Of a stretch of DNA of 40,126 bases, positions 7,154-14,346 are shown piece after piece (position 1 is the stretch's first letter; each line of letters opens with the position of its first letter). Source of the stretch: a virus (taxonomy: Duplodnaviria > Caudoviricetes); the IMG/VR virus record IMGVR_UViG_3300032257_000041, positions 1 through 40,126 of that record. The stretch is one strand, 5' to 3'. Below the pieces are notes generated by a model. It did not search any database, had not been told where the DNA came from, and worked only from the letters and a program-made list of their open reading frames with translations. The position numbers and the translations under genes were made by a program.

Positions 7154-7251
7154 ATCTATCTCCTGTTTAATTTAAAGGGATCTCTCCCAAGGGTGGATAG
7201 GGGTAAGGGTTTAGCCTTAGTTGCCTATCACCATATCCATATTACTTATCT

Positions 7252-7381
7252 GTAAAGGTACTTAGAAGAAAGGTTGATTGCTACCCCGATTCTCCACGAT
7301 AACAGTCTTCTCGCTTTCATGGTCGGGACGATTGGTGACTGTCCAACCGGCTAAACCAACCTCTCATCTAAATACCCTTAC
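7252..7381 (-). ncRNA. Candidate structured RNA with a pseudoknot
   Basis: 28-bp closing stem with 23 Watson-Crick pairs and 4 G-U pairs on the minus strand; internal hairpins; loop ACAGTC complementary to GACTGT. Confidence 0.6.
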
Positions 7382-7409
7382 CCGTAATACTAATATCCGC
7401 AAAACGGTG

Positions 7410-7712
7410 TTAACTTATCCGCTTATGGCCTTGTGTCTGCTCCAGAATCTTACCTAACTTTAAAATGAAAACTTGCTTTCCTTCTGGGGCGCCCCACTCG
7501 ATAATGCCAAGCGAAGAATAAAGCCCCTTACATTCGACCAACATTGTCGGAGAATCCTTTGAATATCCATTTCTAAACTGGATCACATCATAGCTTTTGT
7601 TGATAAGCCGCCTATTCCAGTAAGGCTTTATTTCGCGGTATTCCTCGCGCTTTTCGCCGCTGGCTATCATGTCAAACCATTTTTTCTTTAAAGTTAAGTG
7701 CAAAACCTTCAT
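7410..7712 (-). CDS. ASCH/PUA-like domain protein
   Basis: LHLTLKKKWFDMIASGEKREEYRE...F.NGY motif. Confidence 0.85.
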   Translation of the reverse strand: MKVLHLTLKKKWFDMIASGEKREEYREIKPYWNRRLINKSYDVIQFRNGYSKDSPTMLVECKGLYSSLGIIEWGAPEGKQVFILKLGKILEQTQGHKRIS

Positions 7713-7942
7713 CACATTCCACCTATAAAAACCTCTGCTTTTGTACCTCAGTAACACTCTGGATACGTCAACCTGCGCCTCAAGGGTGTATCGGCGCGAC
7801 TGGTGTTTTCTTCCTGGCGGGCCATTCAACCCCACTGCTAACGGGAGGAGTCCGGCGACTTATAGATAAATATCTATGGAATAACGGAAATATATAGGTT
7901 AAGATAATGGTAGTTGTTTGCATTCCGGTTAGTCGCATAACC

Positions 7943-7971
7943 AAGATATGACATATCTATAAACCTGTCAA
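7943..7971 (-). promoter_or_regulatory. sigma70-type promoter with an internal palindrome (AGATATG-A-CATATCT, 7944-7958)
   Basis: TTGACA-17-TATCTT. Confidence 0.65.
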
Positions 7972-7973
7972 TA

Positions 7974-8004
7974 GGGGGTCTCAATCGAGGCTCCCTTCTT
8001 TTTT
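7974..8004 (+). terminator. Intrinsic terminator-like hairpin
   Basis: GGGGGTCTCAATCGAGGCTCCC followed by a T-rich tract. Confidence 0.5.
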
Positions 8005-8157
8005 GTCGCACTTACTGGCATTACAACTTAAACATAGAAATCTTAGATTATTTATGTTGTCTGTTCCGCCTTTCGATAAAGGATATATGTGATCGATTGT
8101 AATGTTATCTGCGCTACCACAAACAGCACATATATAGTCATGACCCAAATCAAGCAT
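7981..8157 (-). CDS. Minimal or 5'-truncated HNH endonuclease (58 aa)
   Basis: CAVC...IDHIYPLSKGG...NL..LC.SCN..K (manually translated); frame open upstream to a TAG at 8221-8223. Confidence 0.75.
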   Translation of the reverse strand: MLDLGHDYICAVCGSADNITIDHIYPLSKGGTDNINNLRFLCLSCNASKCDKKEGSLD

Positions 8158-8234
8158 TTGTAGTGTTAGCCTGGCTTTATTCGCAGCAAACTCCCTGCGC
8201 CTTACCTTTATGGCTTCCCACTAGAAGCGCAATT

Positions 8235-8258
8235 AACCCGGCTTATGTCGGGTTTTTT
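8235..8258 (+). terminator. Intrinsic terminator
   Basis: AACCCGGC-ttat-GTCGGGTT then TTTT. Confidence 0.65.
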
Positions 8259-8282
8259 GTGCCTTATGGTTTGCTGCAATCC

Positions 8283-8537
8283 TTAAAAATATATCAATGG
8301 AGAAGTCTCCTGATTTTCAGTTGCGCCAACGTCTGAGAGGTATTCTTTAGTGATCCAGCGTCCCTTTTTGTTTTTAGACATACCTTTTTCTCTCATTTCC
8401 TCGATAGGCAGACATTTTCTGCGGTCTTTCTTAAAAGATCCGGTTCTGTGCTTATCGAATGCATGCGTAGAATTAAACACCTCATAACATGCTGTGCATT
8501 GACATATATCTGACCCGTTGGGTAGTAATTTACTCAT
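8283..8537 (-). CDS. Phage FDxHR-type zinc-binding protein
   Basis: CTAC..VF.S..AFDKHR.G....R.C motif. Confidence 0.75.
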   Translation of the reverse strand: MSKLLPNGSDICQCTACYEVFNSTHAFDKHRTGSFKKDRRKCLPIEEMREKGMSKNKKGRWITKEYLSDVGATENQETSPLIYF

Positions 8538-8731
8538 TTCTTCAACCTATAACCTATAGTTTTAATCACCCCGATTTCATCCAATACGGGCTTAGTTGGT
8601 GCCTCTTTCCCGCCTATCATGCGATTGAGTTGCGACCTATCCATATCTAAATGCCTAGCAAATTCCGCCTGGCTTTTGTAGTGCTTATTAATATGTCGCT
8701 TTAGCCTTGTTATTACATTATCAAACGTCAT
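8534..8731 (-). CDS. small XRE HTH regulator
   Basis: SQAEFARHLDMDRSQLNRMI.G...P. Confidence 0.85.
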   Translation of the reverse strand: MTFDNVITRLKRHINKHYKSQAEFARHLDMDRSQLNRMIGGKEAPTKPVLDEIGVIKTIGYRLKK

Positions 8732-8756
8732 TTATTTGTCCCCTTCGTTTTATTGT

Positions 8757-8855
8757 AGTATAAGGGAAATATTGTTAATGTCAATATATAATCTCAACAT
8801 TGTTGATATATTTTCTTGACATTGGTTTGATGTTGGCTTAAGCTTAATCTCAACA
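8757..8855. promoter_or_regulatory. Divergent promoter pair with candidate operators
   Basis: Minus: TTGACA(8784-8779)-16-TATACT. Plus: TTGACA(8816)-17-TAAGCT. Palindrome TCAACA-T-TGTTGA at 8794-8806; TAATCTCAACA repeated at 8845. Confidence 0.7.
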
Positions 8856-8884
8856 GTTACAGATTAATAACTAGAGGAAACAAA

Positions 8885-9142
8885 ATGAAAAAATTAGTAG
8901 AACAAGTAGAGGGCGAAGGTTTTGAGGCATTAATGGGTGAAGCGATCACCGTGTTTTGCCTGAATTACATTTATACAGGAAAGCTTGTCGGCGTGAATGA
9001 TACCTGTATTTTGCTGGATGAACCAAAAATCGTCTATGAAACCGGATCATTTGAAGATGACGCATGGAAAGACGCGCAAAAACTCCCTAATCAATTATAC
9101 ATCCAGACCGGATGCGTTGAATCATTTGGAATTATTAAATGA
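8885..9142 (+). CDS. Sm/LSm-like fold protein (putative)
   Basis: helix-G-strand...Y.G.L.GV....ILL.E...LYI....V.SF matches the Sm1/Sm2 pattern; GAGG RBS. Confidence 0.65.
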   Translation: MKKLVEQVEGEGFEALMGEAITVFCLNYIYTGKLVGVNDTCILLDEPKIVYETGSFEDDAWKDAQKLPNQLYIQTGCVESFGIIK

Positions 9143-9405
9143 TTAGGGGAAAAAAACAAAAGTGGTCGCGGTCGCGGTCGCTGTCGGGGTCGGGGTCGTG
9201 GTCGTGGTCGGGGTCGTGGTCGCGGTCGTGGTCGCGGTCGCGGTCGCTGTCGGGGTCGGGGTCGTGGTCGTGGTCGTGGTCGGGGTCGTGGTCGCGGTCG
9301 AGGTCGCGGTCGCGGTCGCTGTCGGGGTCGCTGTCGGGGTCGCTGTCGCGGTCGCTGTCGCGGTCGCTGTCGGGGTCGTGGTCGCTGTCGGGGTCTACCC
9401 AATGA
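9139..9405 (+). CDS. (Ser-X)n repeat peptide 1, leader MIRGKKQK
   Basis: ATGA-coupled to the Sm-like gene; TCG-NGG/CTG hexamer repeats. Confidence 0.7.
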   Translation: MIRGKKQKWSRSRSLSGSGSWSWSGSWSRSWSRSRSLSGSGSWSWSWSGSWSRSRSRSRSLSGSLSGSLSRSLSRSLSGSWSLSGSTQ

Positions 9406-9578
9406 TTAGGGGTAAAAGGCAAAAGTTGTCTAGGTCTAGGTCTGGGTCTAGGTCTAGGTCTAGGTCTTGGTCTGGGTCTGGGTCTGGGTCTTGGTCTGGG
9501 TCTGGGTCTTGGTCTTGGTCTTGGTCTTTGTCTTTGTCTGGGTCTGTGGGATGGTTGACGTTACCAGAGTATTACTGA
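9402..9578 (+). CDS. (Ser-X)n repeat peptide 2, leader MIRGKRQK
   Basis: ATGA-coupled to peptide 1; TCT-NGG/TTG hexamer repeats. Confidence 0.65.
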   Translation: MIRGKRQKLSRSRSGSRSRSRSWSGSGSGSWSGSGSWSWSWSLSLSGSVGWLTLPEYY

Positions 9579-9678
9579 GTAGCAATCCAGACCAGAACCA
9601 TTGCAGATCATTTAATTCTGGTATGCCCTTCTCTTTTCTGATCTCCTTAAGTCTGTTTTCTGTGTAAGCACTTCTCAT
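9460..9678 (-). CDS. hypothetical protein running antisense into the Ser-repeat (TQ/TK tail)
   Basis: GGAG RBS within the 29-bp repeat; last gene of the minus-strand operon. Confidence 0.45.
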   Translation of the reverse strand: MRSAYTENRLKEIRKEKGIPELNDLQWFWSGLLLSNTLVTSTIPQTQTKTKTKTKTKTQTQTKTQTQTQTKT

Positions 9679-9963
9679 ATCACTCTCCATTATCTTTGGT
9701 GGGGCTTGATTGTTTAAGCTTCTCGGCGCATTCATCACTACACGCTACCCAGGTAATATCAATTCTCCCGCAATTATCACACTCTAGTTTTGAGTAGTTT
9801 GACCATGACTTATTCCACGTTTCCTCTTTTCCGCAATTAGAGCACGTCCAGAGCCTTTTTGATGGTGCATATATATCTTCACTTATTTCCCTTCTCATGA
9901 AATCGTCACTTGTCTTATGAGTGCATTGCTTATACATATCACTCTCCATTATCTTTGGCGGGG
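9676..9963. repeat. 29-bp direct repeats (9676-9704, 9935-9963) flanking one gene
   Basis: catatcactctccattatctttggYgggg, 28/29 identical. Confidence 0.9.
9680..9937 (-). CDS. zinc-finger hypothetical protein
   Basis: CSNC, CDNC, CSDEC. Confidence 0.7.
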   Translation of the reverse strand: MYKQCTHKTSDDFMRREISEDIYAPSKRLWTCSNCGKEETWNKSWSNYSKLECDNCGRIDITWVACSDECAEKLKQSSPTKDNGE

Positions 9964-9967
9964 TTAT

Positions 9968-10135
9968 TCAATGCCCGATTTCTTTTAATTTGGCACATAA
10001 ATCATTATCGCAAAGAGGATTTTTTAAACTGATGCTAGATGAATCACCAATCACAAACTCAAGCCACTCCTTGAACTCTTCTTTTGAGTGGCTTGGGAGC
10101 ATCTTCTCATCAACACTTATTACTATTAAAGACAT
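9968..10135 (-). CDS. 55-aa hypothetical protein
   Basis: AGGAG RBS; MSLIVISVDEKMLP... (manually translated). Confidence 0.6.
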   Translation of the reverse strand: MSLIVISVDEKMLPSHSKEEFKEWLEFVIGDSSSISLKNPLCDNDLCAKLKEIGH

Positions 10136-10147
10136 AGCACTCTCCTA

Positions 10148-10348
10148 TTAAGGTTTATTCTTAAAGCCATCCCTTACCCATCGACGGACAGACAGTTCAC
10201 AGCCCATTGTTAGACAGACACAATTTGCCATACCTAAATATGTAGCTCTGGCTTTGCATCCGCAGCAGCACCGTCTACGGCTTTTAGGATCTGCTTTCCC
10301 CATGTATCGCTGATGCTCTGTTACTGATCCGAATTGCCCGAAGCTCAT
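10148..10348 (-). CDS. small Cys-rich protein
   Basis: RRRCCCGC..RAT..GMAN.VCL..GCEL; start within the 22-bp repeat. Confidence 0.7.
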   Translation of the reverse strand: MSFGQFGSVTEHQRYMGKADPKSRRRCCCGCKARATYLGMANCVCLTMGCELSVRRWVRDGFKNKP

Positions 10349-10653
10349 CCTTCTGTCTCCTTTGGCGGCCATATATTGCAGTGATTTATAATGTCTGCAG
10401 TATTGATCCTGATTCTTCTAAAACCTTCTGGCGTCCGCATTTCTTCGCCTATTTTCAGGCTTTCACCATTATCGTTTTCTATTTCGCTAAAGATCATCCC
10501 GTTTTCATCCTGATTATCAATTATGATATTTATAGCCGCGTCCTCCTCCTTATGGCTGTAAAGATCATCATTAAGCCTATTAAGACCTTTAATCGCTGTG
10601 TCCATTAAATCTATTATTTTCTTTAGCCCTTCTTCTCTGTTTGTGTAATTCAT
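10345..10653 (-). CDS. hypothetical protein
   Basis: ORF with GGAG RBS. Confidence 0.7.
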   Translation of the reverse strand: MNYTNREEGLKKIIDLMDTAIKGLNRLNDDLYSHKEEDAAINIIIDNQDENGMIFSEIENDNGESLKIGEEMRTPEGFRRIRINTADIINHCNIWPPKETEG

Positions 10654-10671
10654 CCTTCTGTCTCCTTTGGC
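10345..10671. repeat. 22-bp perfect direct repeats (10345-10366, 10650-10671) flanking one gene
   Basis: tcatccttctgtctcctttggc twice. Confidence 0.9.
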
Positions 10672-10676
10672 TCTAT

Positions 10677-10892
10677 TTACATTAATGTGACCCTGTTTTT
10701 CTTGGGGAACAGAACCATACTTGCGATCGGAAAATCTACTTCATCATCAAATTTCGGTCTTTCTCCGTTAATCTGAACAGCCTTATTTTGCAACCATCTT
10801 TTTAACTCGCTATTTGTGGCCTTGCCTTTTCTTTCTCTGCTCATAAAATGGCAGACTGTGTTTAATTCTTTTAAAAAGTCCCAATAAGTCAT
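10677..10892 (-). CDS. stand-alone S4-like RNA-binding domain protein (putative)
   Basis: TNSELKRWLQNKAVQINGER resembles the S4 motif S.SEARRLI..GAV.INGE. Confidence 0.55.
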   Translation of the reverse strand: MTYWDFLKELNTVCHFMSRERKGKATNSELKRWLQNKAVQINGERPKFDDEVDFPIASMVLFPKKNRVTLM

Positions 10893-10895
10893 AAT

Positions 10896-11063
10896 CTATT
10901 TATCCTTTGGTGGTTCTGGCACAAAGCAAGAAGATATACTGTACCCACCTGTACCATTCTCAATAAATGACTCATACACCCATCCGCCAATGACGCGCAT
11001 TACCGTACAACCTTCATTTATGTGTATTACTTCGTGAAGCTTCAATAAATATAAGTCTTCCAT
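10896..11063 (-). CDS. 55-aa hypothetical protein
   Basis: MEDLYLLKLHE...MRVIGGWVY...FVPEPPKDK (manually translated). Confidence 0.6.
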   Translation of the reverse strand: MEDLYLLKLHEVIHINEGCTVMRVIGGWVYESFIENGTGGYSISSCFVPEPPKDK

Positions 11064-11253
11064 ATCATTCACCTGTTTTGCCAGACACCAAAATTTTAAT
11101 GGTTGTTTTATCTTTCATGATAATCTCCACAAAATTTCACGTTTCTACGCTTTGATTTAACGACTCGGTTAAAACGGCTTGAATCTTTATTCCTGCATAT
11201 AAAGATCCCGTGTACCTCAGAGGGTGAAATGTGCTTGCACAACTCGCAATCGG

Positions 11254-11388
11254 TTACTTTCTCGGCCATTTTATTATCTCCACATCAGTTTTCCCGAACT
11301 TCTCTGATAATTCCACGATGAAATCGGCCAAGTCAGGGATTTCTTGCTTAATGCGGCTCCAATACTCGCGCTTTTGTTTTGGCGTCAT
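11254..11388 (-). CDS. 44-aa hypothetical protein
   Basis: MTPKQKREYWSRIKQEIPDLADFI... (manually translated). Confidence 0.5.
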   Translation of the reverse strand: MTPKQKREYWSRIKQEIPDLADFIVELSEKFGKTDVEIIKWPRK

Positions 11389-11399
11389 TCTGGACGAGT

Positions 11400-11627
11400 T
11401 CACCCGCTTATCTCCCTGGAAGCCTCTATGACTTCTTTAATCGTACATTTAGCCAGCTTTGCAATAATCCTGGCGTGTTCGCTTCGTTCGCCCGGCGCGG
11501 TATGTGGCAACCCTCTCTTAAAGTATTCGTTTAAAGAGGATTGTCTGATCCCTAGCGCATCAGCAACGGCAACCTGTCCCCCTGCCTTTTTAAATAGTTT
11601 AAATAGTTTTAAATGGTCATATTTCAT
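11400..11627 (-). CDS. Cro-like HTH regulator
   Basis: AGGQVAVADALGIRQSSLNEY...GLP. Confidence 0.85.
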   Translation of the reverse strand: MKYDHLKLFKLFKKAGGQVAVADALGIRQSSLNEYFKRGLPHTAPGERSEHARIIAKLAKCTIKEVIEASREISG

Positions 11628-11653
11628 GTATATTCCCCTAATTGGTTTAGTAT

Positions 11654-11720
11654 AGTATAGGTAATAGCTGTAAAATAATCAAGAAATATTATTGACTTTA
11701 CCTATAATTTAACCTAAGAT
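11654..11720. promoter_or_regulatory. Divergent promoters for the Cro-like gene and the recombination operon
   Basis: Plus: TTGACT(11692)-17-TAAGAT. Minus: TTGATT(11682)-17-TATACT. Confidence 0.75.
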
Positions 11721-11742
11721 TAATTACACATTAGGAGGACGT

Positions 11743-12255
11743 ATGAGCGAAGAAACCAAAACACATTATAGGAAGGCGTTTAAATCACCGTATCTGAGTA
11801 GTGCTGATATTGTTGATCCTACAGTTTTGACGATTAAGCATGTAAAGCTTGAGCTGGATAAAACCAAAAAAACAAAAGATTTCCATAATACAGCTTATTT
11901 CAATCAATCAGAACTACGACCGGGCGAACCATTAAAGCCGATGATCCTTAATGTTTACAATTCTAAAGTTGTTTGCAATATGACCGGATCAAAGTTTATT
12001 GATGACTGGAATAATGTCCCTGTGACCGTATACGTCGAAAGTAATGTAAGGTTTGGCAGAGATACCGTAGAAGGGCTACGGTTGAGCACAGAGCCACCAG
12101 CCACCCGCAGAAAATTACAAAGGAATACGCAGCAGTGGAATAACGCTATAGCGGCTTATAAGCGTGATGGCAATCTTGACGCTGTGGTGGCGCGTGTAGA
12201 CGTTTCCGATGAAGATGTGCAGCTTATCAAAGAGCAAGCTAATAATGTGGCATGA
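11743..12255 (+). CDS. Putative ssDNA-binding/annealing partner of the exonuclease
   Basis: Position before a YqaJ exonuclease and SSB; function inferred from context only. Confidence 0.55.
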   Translation: MSEETKTHYRKAFKSPYLSSADIVDPTVLTIKHVKLELDKTKKTKDFHNTAYFNQSELRPGEPLKPMILNVYNSKVVCNMTGSKFIDDWNNVPVTVYVESNVRFGRDTVEGLRLSTEPPATRRKLQRNTQQWNNAIAAYKRDGNLDAVVARVDVSDEDVQLIKEQANNVA

Positions 12256-12862
12256 CATCGAACAGAACACGGATGAATGGCTAGATTTAAGAGCCGGTAA
12301 AATAACCGGCTCGAGTATAGGAAAAATAATGGCCAACTATGGGAAATCCTTCGGAGAACCAGCCAAAAAATTAGCTGTTTCTATTGCTCGTGAGCAAGCA
12401 ACAGGAAAAAGAAGCTTGATTGAACAATACAGTAACAAACATATGGAACGCGGCCACGAACAAGAGCCAATTGCAAGACGCATATATGAAGATCAGTATT
12501 TTACAGAAGTTACAAATGGTGGTTTTTTTGATTGCGGTTATACCGGCTGTTCACCAGACGGACTTATTCTAAACGAAGGCGTTATAGAGATTAAGTCTGT
12601 TGTCGATCATATTCATTATGCAAATATAGTAAGGGGAAGTTTTGACCCTACTTATAAGTGGCAGCTTGCATTTAATCTTAAAAATTCAAACAGAGAATGG
12701 ATTGATTTTGTTAGTTTTTGCGCCGACTTTCCAGAAAAAACAAAACTATACGTGCATCGCACATATAAAGGTGAATTTAATGATTTATTTGAAATGATGA
12801 ATAAAAGGATCGACGAATTTCTTAAGTTGATTAATGAGGCTAAATTAATAATCGAGGGTTGA
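12245..12862 (+). CDS. YqaJ/lambda-exonuclease family protein
   Basis: EQ.T.EW...R.G.ITGS, G...[17 protein letters not shown]. Confidence 0.92.
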   Translation: MWHDIEQNTDEWLDLRAGKITGSSIGKIMANYGKSFGEPAKKLAVSIAREQATGKRSLIEQYSNKHMERGHEQEPIARRIYEDQYFTEVTNGGFFDCGYTGCSPDGLILNEGVIEIKSVVDHIHYANIVRGSFDPTYKWQLAFNLKNSNREWIDFVSFCADFPEKTKLYVHRTYKGEFNDLFEMMNKRIDEFLKLINEAKLIIEG

Positions 12863-12866
12863 GAGG

Positions 12867-13310
12867 ATGGCAAGAGGCATAAACAAAGTAATTTTAATCG
12901 GCAACCTGGGAAAAGATCCCGAGGTGCGCTATTCGCCGAATGGTGCAGCGGTAGCAAACTGCACTATTGCAACATCTGAAAGCTGGAAAGATAAGAATAC
13001 TGGCGAACAGGTCGAAAAAACCGAATGGCACAGGGTTGTATTTTTTAAACGTCTTGCCGAGGTGGTTGGTGAGTACTTAAAAAAAGGCTCTAAGGTTTAC
13101 ATCGAAGGCAAGCTACAAACGCGGAAATGGCAAGACAAGGAAGGCAAAGACCGCTACACCACTGAAATAGTGGCAAATGAGATGCAAATGCTAGATAGCC
13201 GAAGCTTGCCGCCACAAGACAGACATAACCAGCAAAAAAGCGATGGTTATGCACCTGATAACTCAGTTAATCAGAATGATGGTGATTTTGACGACGACAT
13301 ACCATTTTGA
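12867..13310 (+). CDS. ssb: single-stranded DNA-binding protein
   Basis: [14 protein letters not shown]...DDIPF C-terminus. Confidence 0.97.
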   Translation: MARGINKVILIGNLGKDPEVRYSPNGAAVANCTIATSESWKDKNTGEQVEKTEWHRVVFFKRLAEVVGEYLKKGSKVYIEGKLQTRKWQDKEGKDRYTTEIVANEMQMLDSRSLPPQDRHNQQKSDGYAPDNSVNQNDGDFDDDIPF

Positions 13311-13331
13311 CCCTTACCATAGAGGTGAATT

Positions 13332-13586
13332 ATGAGCTTTGAAAAAGCAGAATCTAACTACCTGAACGAACCATACAAGCAGTCATTAAGCGATGCAGAA
13401 GACGAGCTTATGAAGGACAAGGAGACGCTCAGAGACGCCGTATTGACGCAGTTCTCGCAAGAGTATACCGATTATCTGTATGAGGGGATCGTGGCTTGCA
13501 GGAAGGGTGATAACGCTATGGCCGGTCATTACTTTAATAGAATGGTCAACACAGCCATTGAAAAGGAGTTAGATCATGACATTTGA
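13332..13586 (+). CDS. hypothetical protein
   Basis: GAGGTG RBS. Confidence 0.7.
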   Translation: MSFEKAESNYLNEPYKQSLSDAEDELMKDKETLRDAVLTQFSQEYTDYLYEGIVACRKGDNAMAGHYFNRMVNTAIEKELDHDI

Positions 13587-13764
13587 GGACAAAATGAAGG
13601 CTGTTAGAGGGCTGCTAAAGAACTATTATCAAGATATCTACGCGAAGCAAAACGCACTGTGTGAAGCGGCCTCAAACAATGAACCAACCGAGGATCTAAG
13701 CATTGAACTATTCAACTCAGTAAGTGAGTTTGAAAGGGTATCGAAGGATATTATTAAAAGCTGA
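13576..13764 (+). CDS. hypothetical protein
   Basis: AGGAG RBS. Confidence 0.65.
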   Translation: MTFEDKMKAVRGLLKNYYQDIYAKQNALCEAASNNEPTEDLSIELFNSVSEFERVSKDIIKS

Positions 13765-13796
13765 TGAAGCCCTGACAAGGTGGAGGCAATAGAACT

Positions 13797-14019
13797 GTGG
13801 CAAGCTAAAGTAAGGGATATATACCTTGCGGAAGGGTCTCTACTGACGATAGAGACTAGGAGAGGATGGGTTAAAGGGTCAGACTTGCCGCCCTTGACCA
13901 AGGGGGATGATCGTCAATCATCGGGAAGACGCTCCCAAGGCTCCCCGGCCACTTACAATGGCATGAAGGAGTGTAATCCGGACTTGACCGGATACTGGTC
14001 TGTATCTCCCGATTGCCAC
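13797..14019 (+). ncRNA. Candidate multi-hairpin structured RNA (~220 nt)
   Basis: Closing stem GTGGCAA/TTGCCAC enclosing at least six hairpins. Confidence 0.55.
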
Positions 14020-14043
14020 CCATTTAACAAAAGGTAAATAGAT

Positions 14044-14304
14044 ATGAGCGACAGAATATATAGAGAGGTACACATTAATATGAGCACCAAAAGACTCAGT
14101 GACATGCTGTATTGGTGCGTAATGCTAAAGGTTAAAATTTCCAGTCATTCAACATTAGCAAGAGGGTTTACCCGTAAACAAAATGCGTATAACACCGCTT
14201 TCTTTATGCTCGGCTTTACTGATACCGGCTCTATGGTTGATTTTGAGAAAGAAACTGGTTTTAAATTAATGCTGCCGCCGAATGTGAGACTTAACAATGA
14301 ATAA
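14044..14304 (+). CDS. hypothetical protein
   Basis: ORF in the plus-strand operon. Confidence 0.65.
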   Translation: MSDRIYREVHINMSTKRLSDMLYWCVMLKVKISSHSTLARGFTRKQNAYNTAFFMLGFTDTGSMVDFEKETGFKLMLPPNVRLNNE

Positions 14305-14346
14305 TTTAATAGAAAGAACAGCCTACGTCCTACTGAAAGAGGGTGA

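Noticed and set aside
7381-7415. Third attC site at the ASCH stop (GGTGTTAAC)
   Set aside because: No matching R'' or L boxes upstream; at most a remnant.
8221-8223. Stop-codon reassignment suggested by the TAG upstream of the HNH core
   Set aside because: Large genes are intact in the standard code and several end in TAG.
9091-9667. PR-, DH-, VA- and VW-repeat ORFs in other frames of the hexamer arrays
   Set aside because: Shadow frames; only the Ser frame has ATGA coupling and a duplicated leader.
13761-13800. Hammerhead ribozyme at CTGATGA
   Set aside because: No correctly placed GAAA after a stem II.
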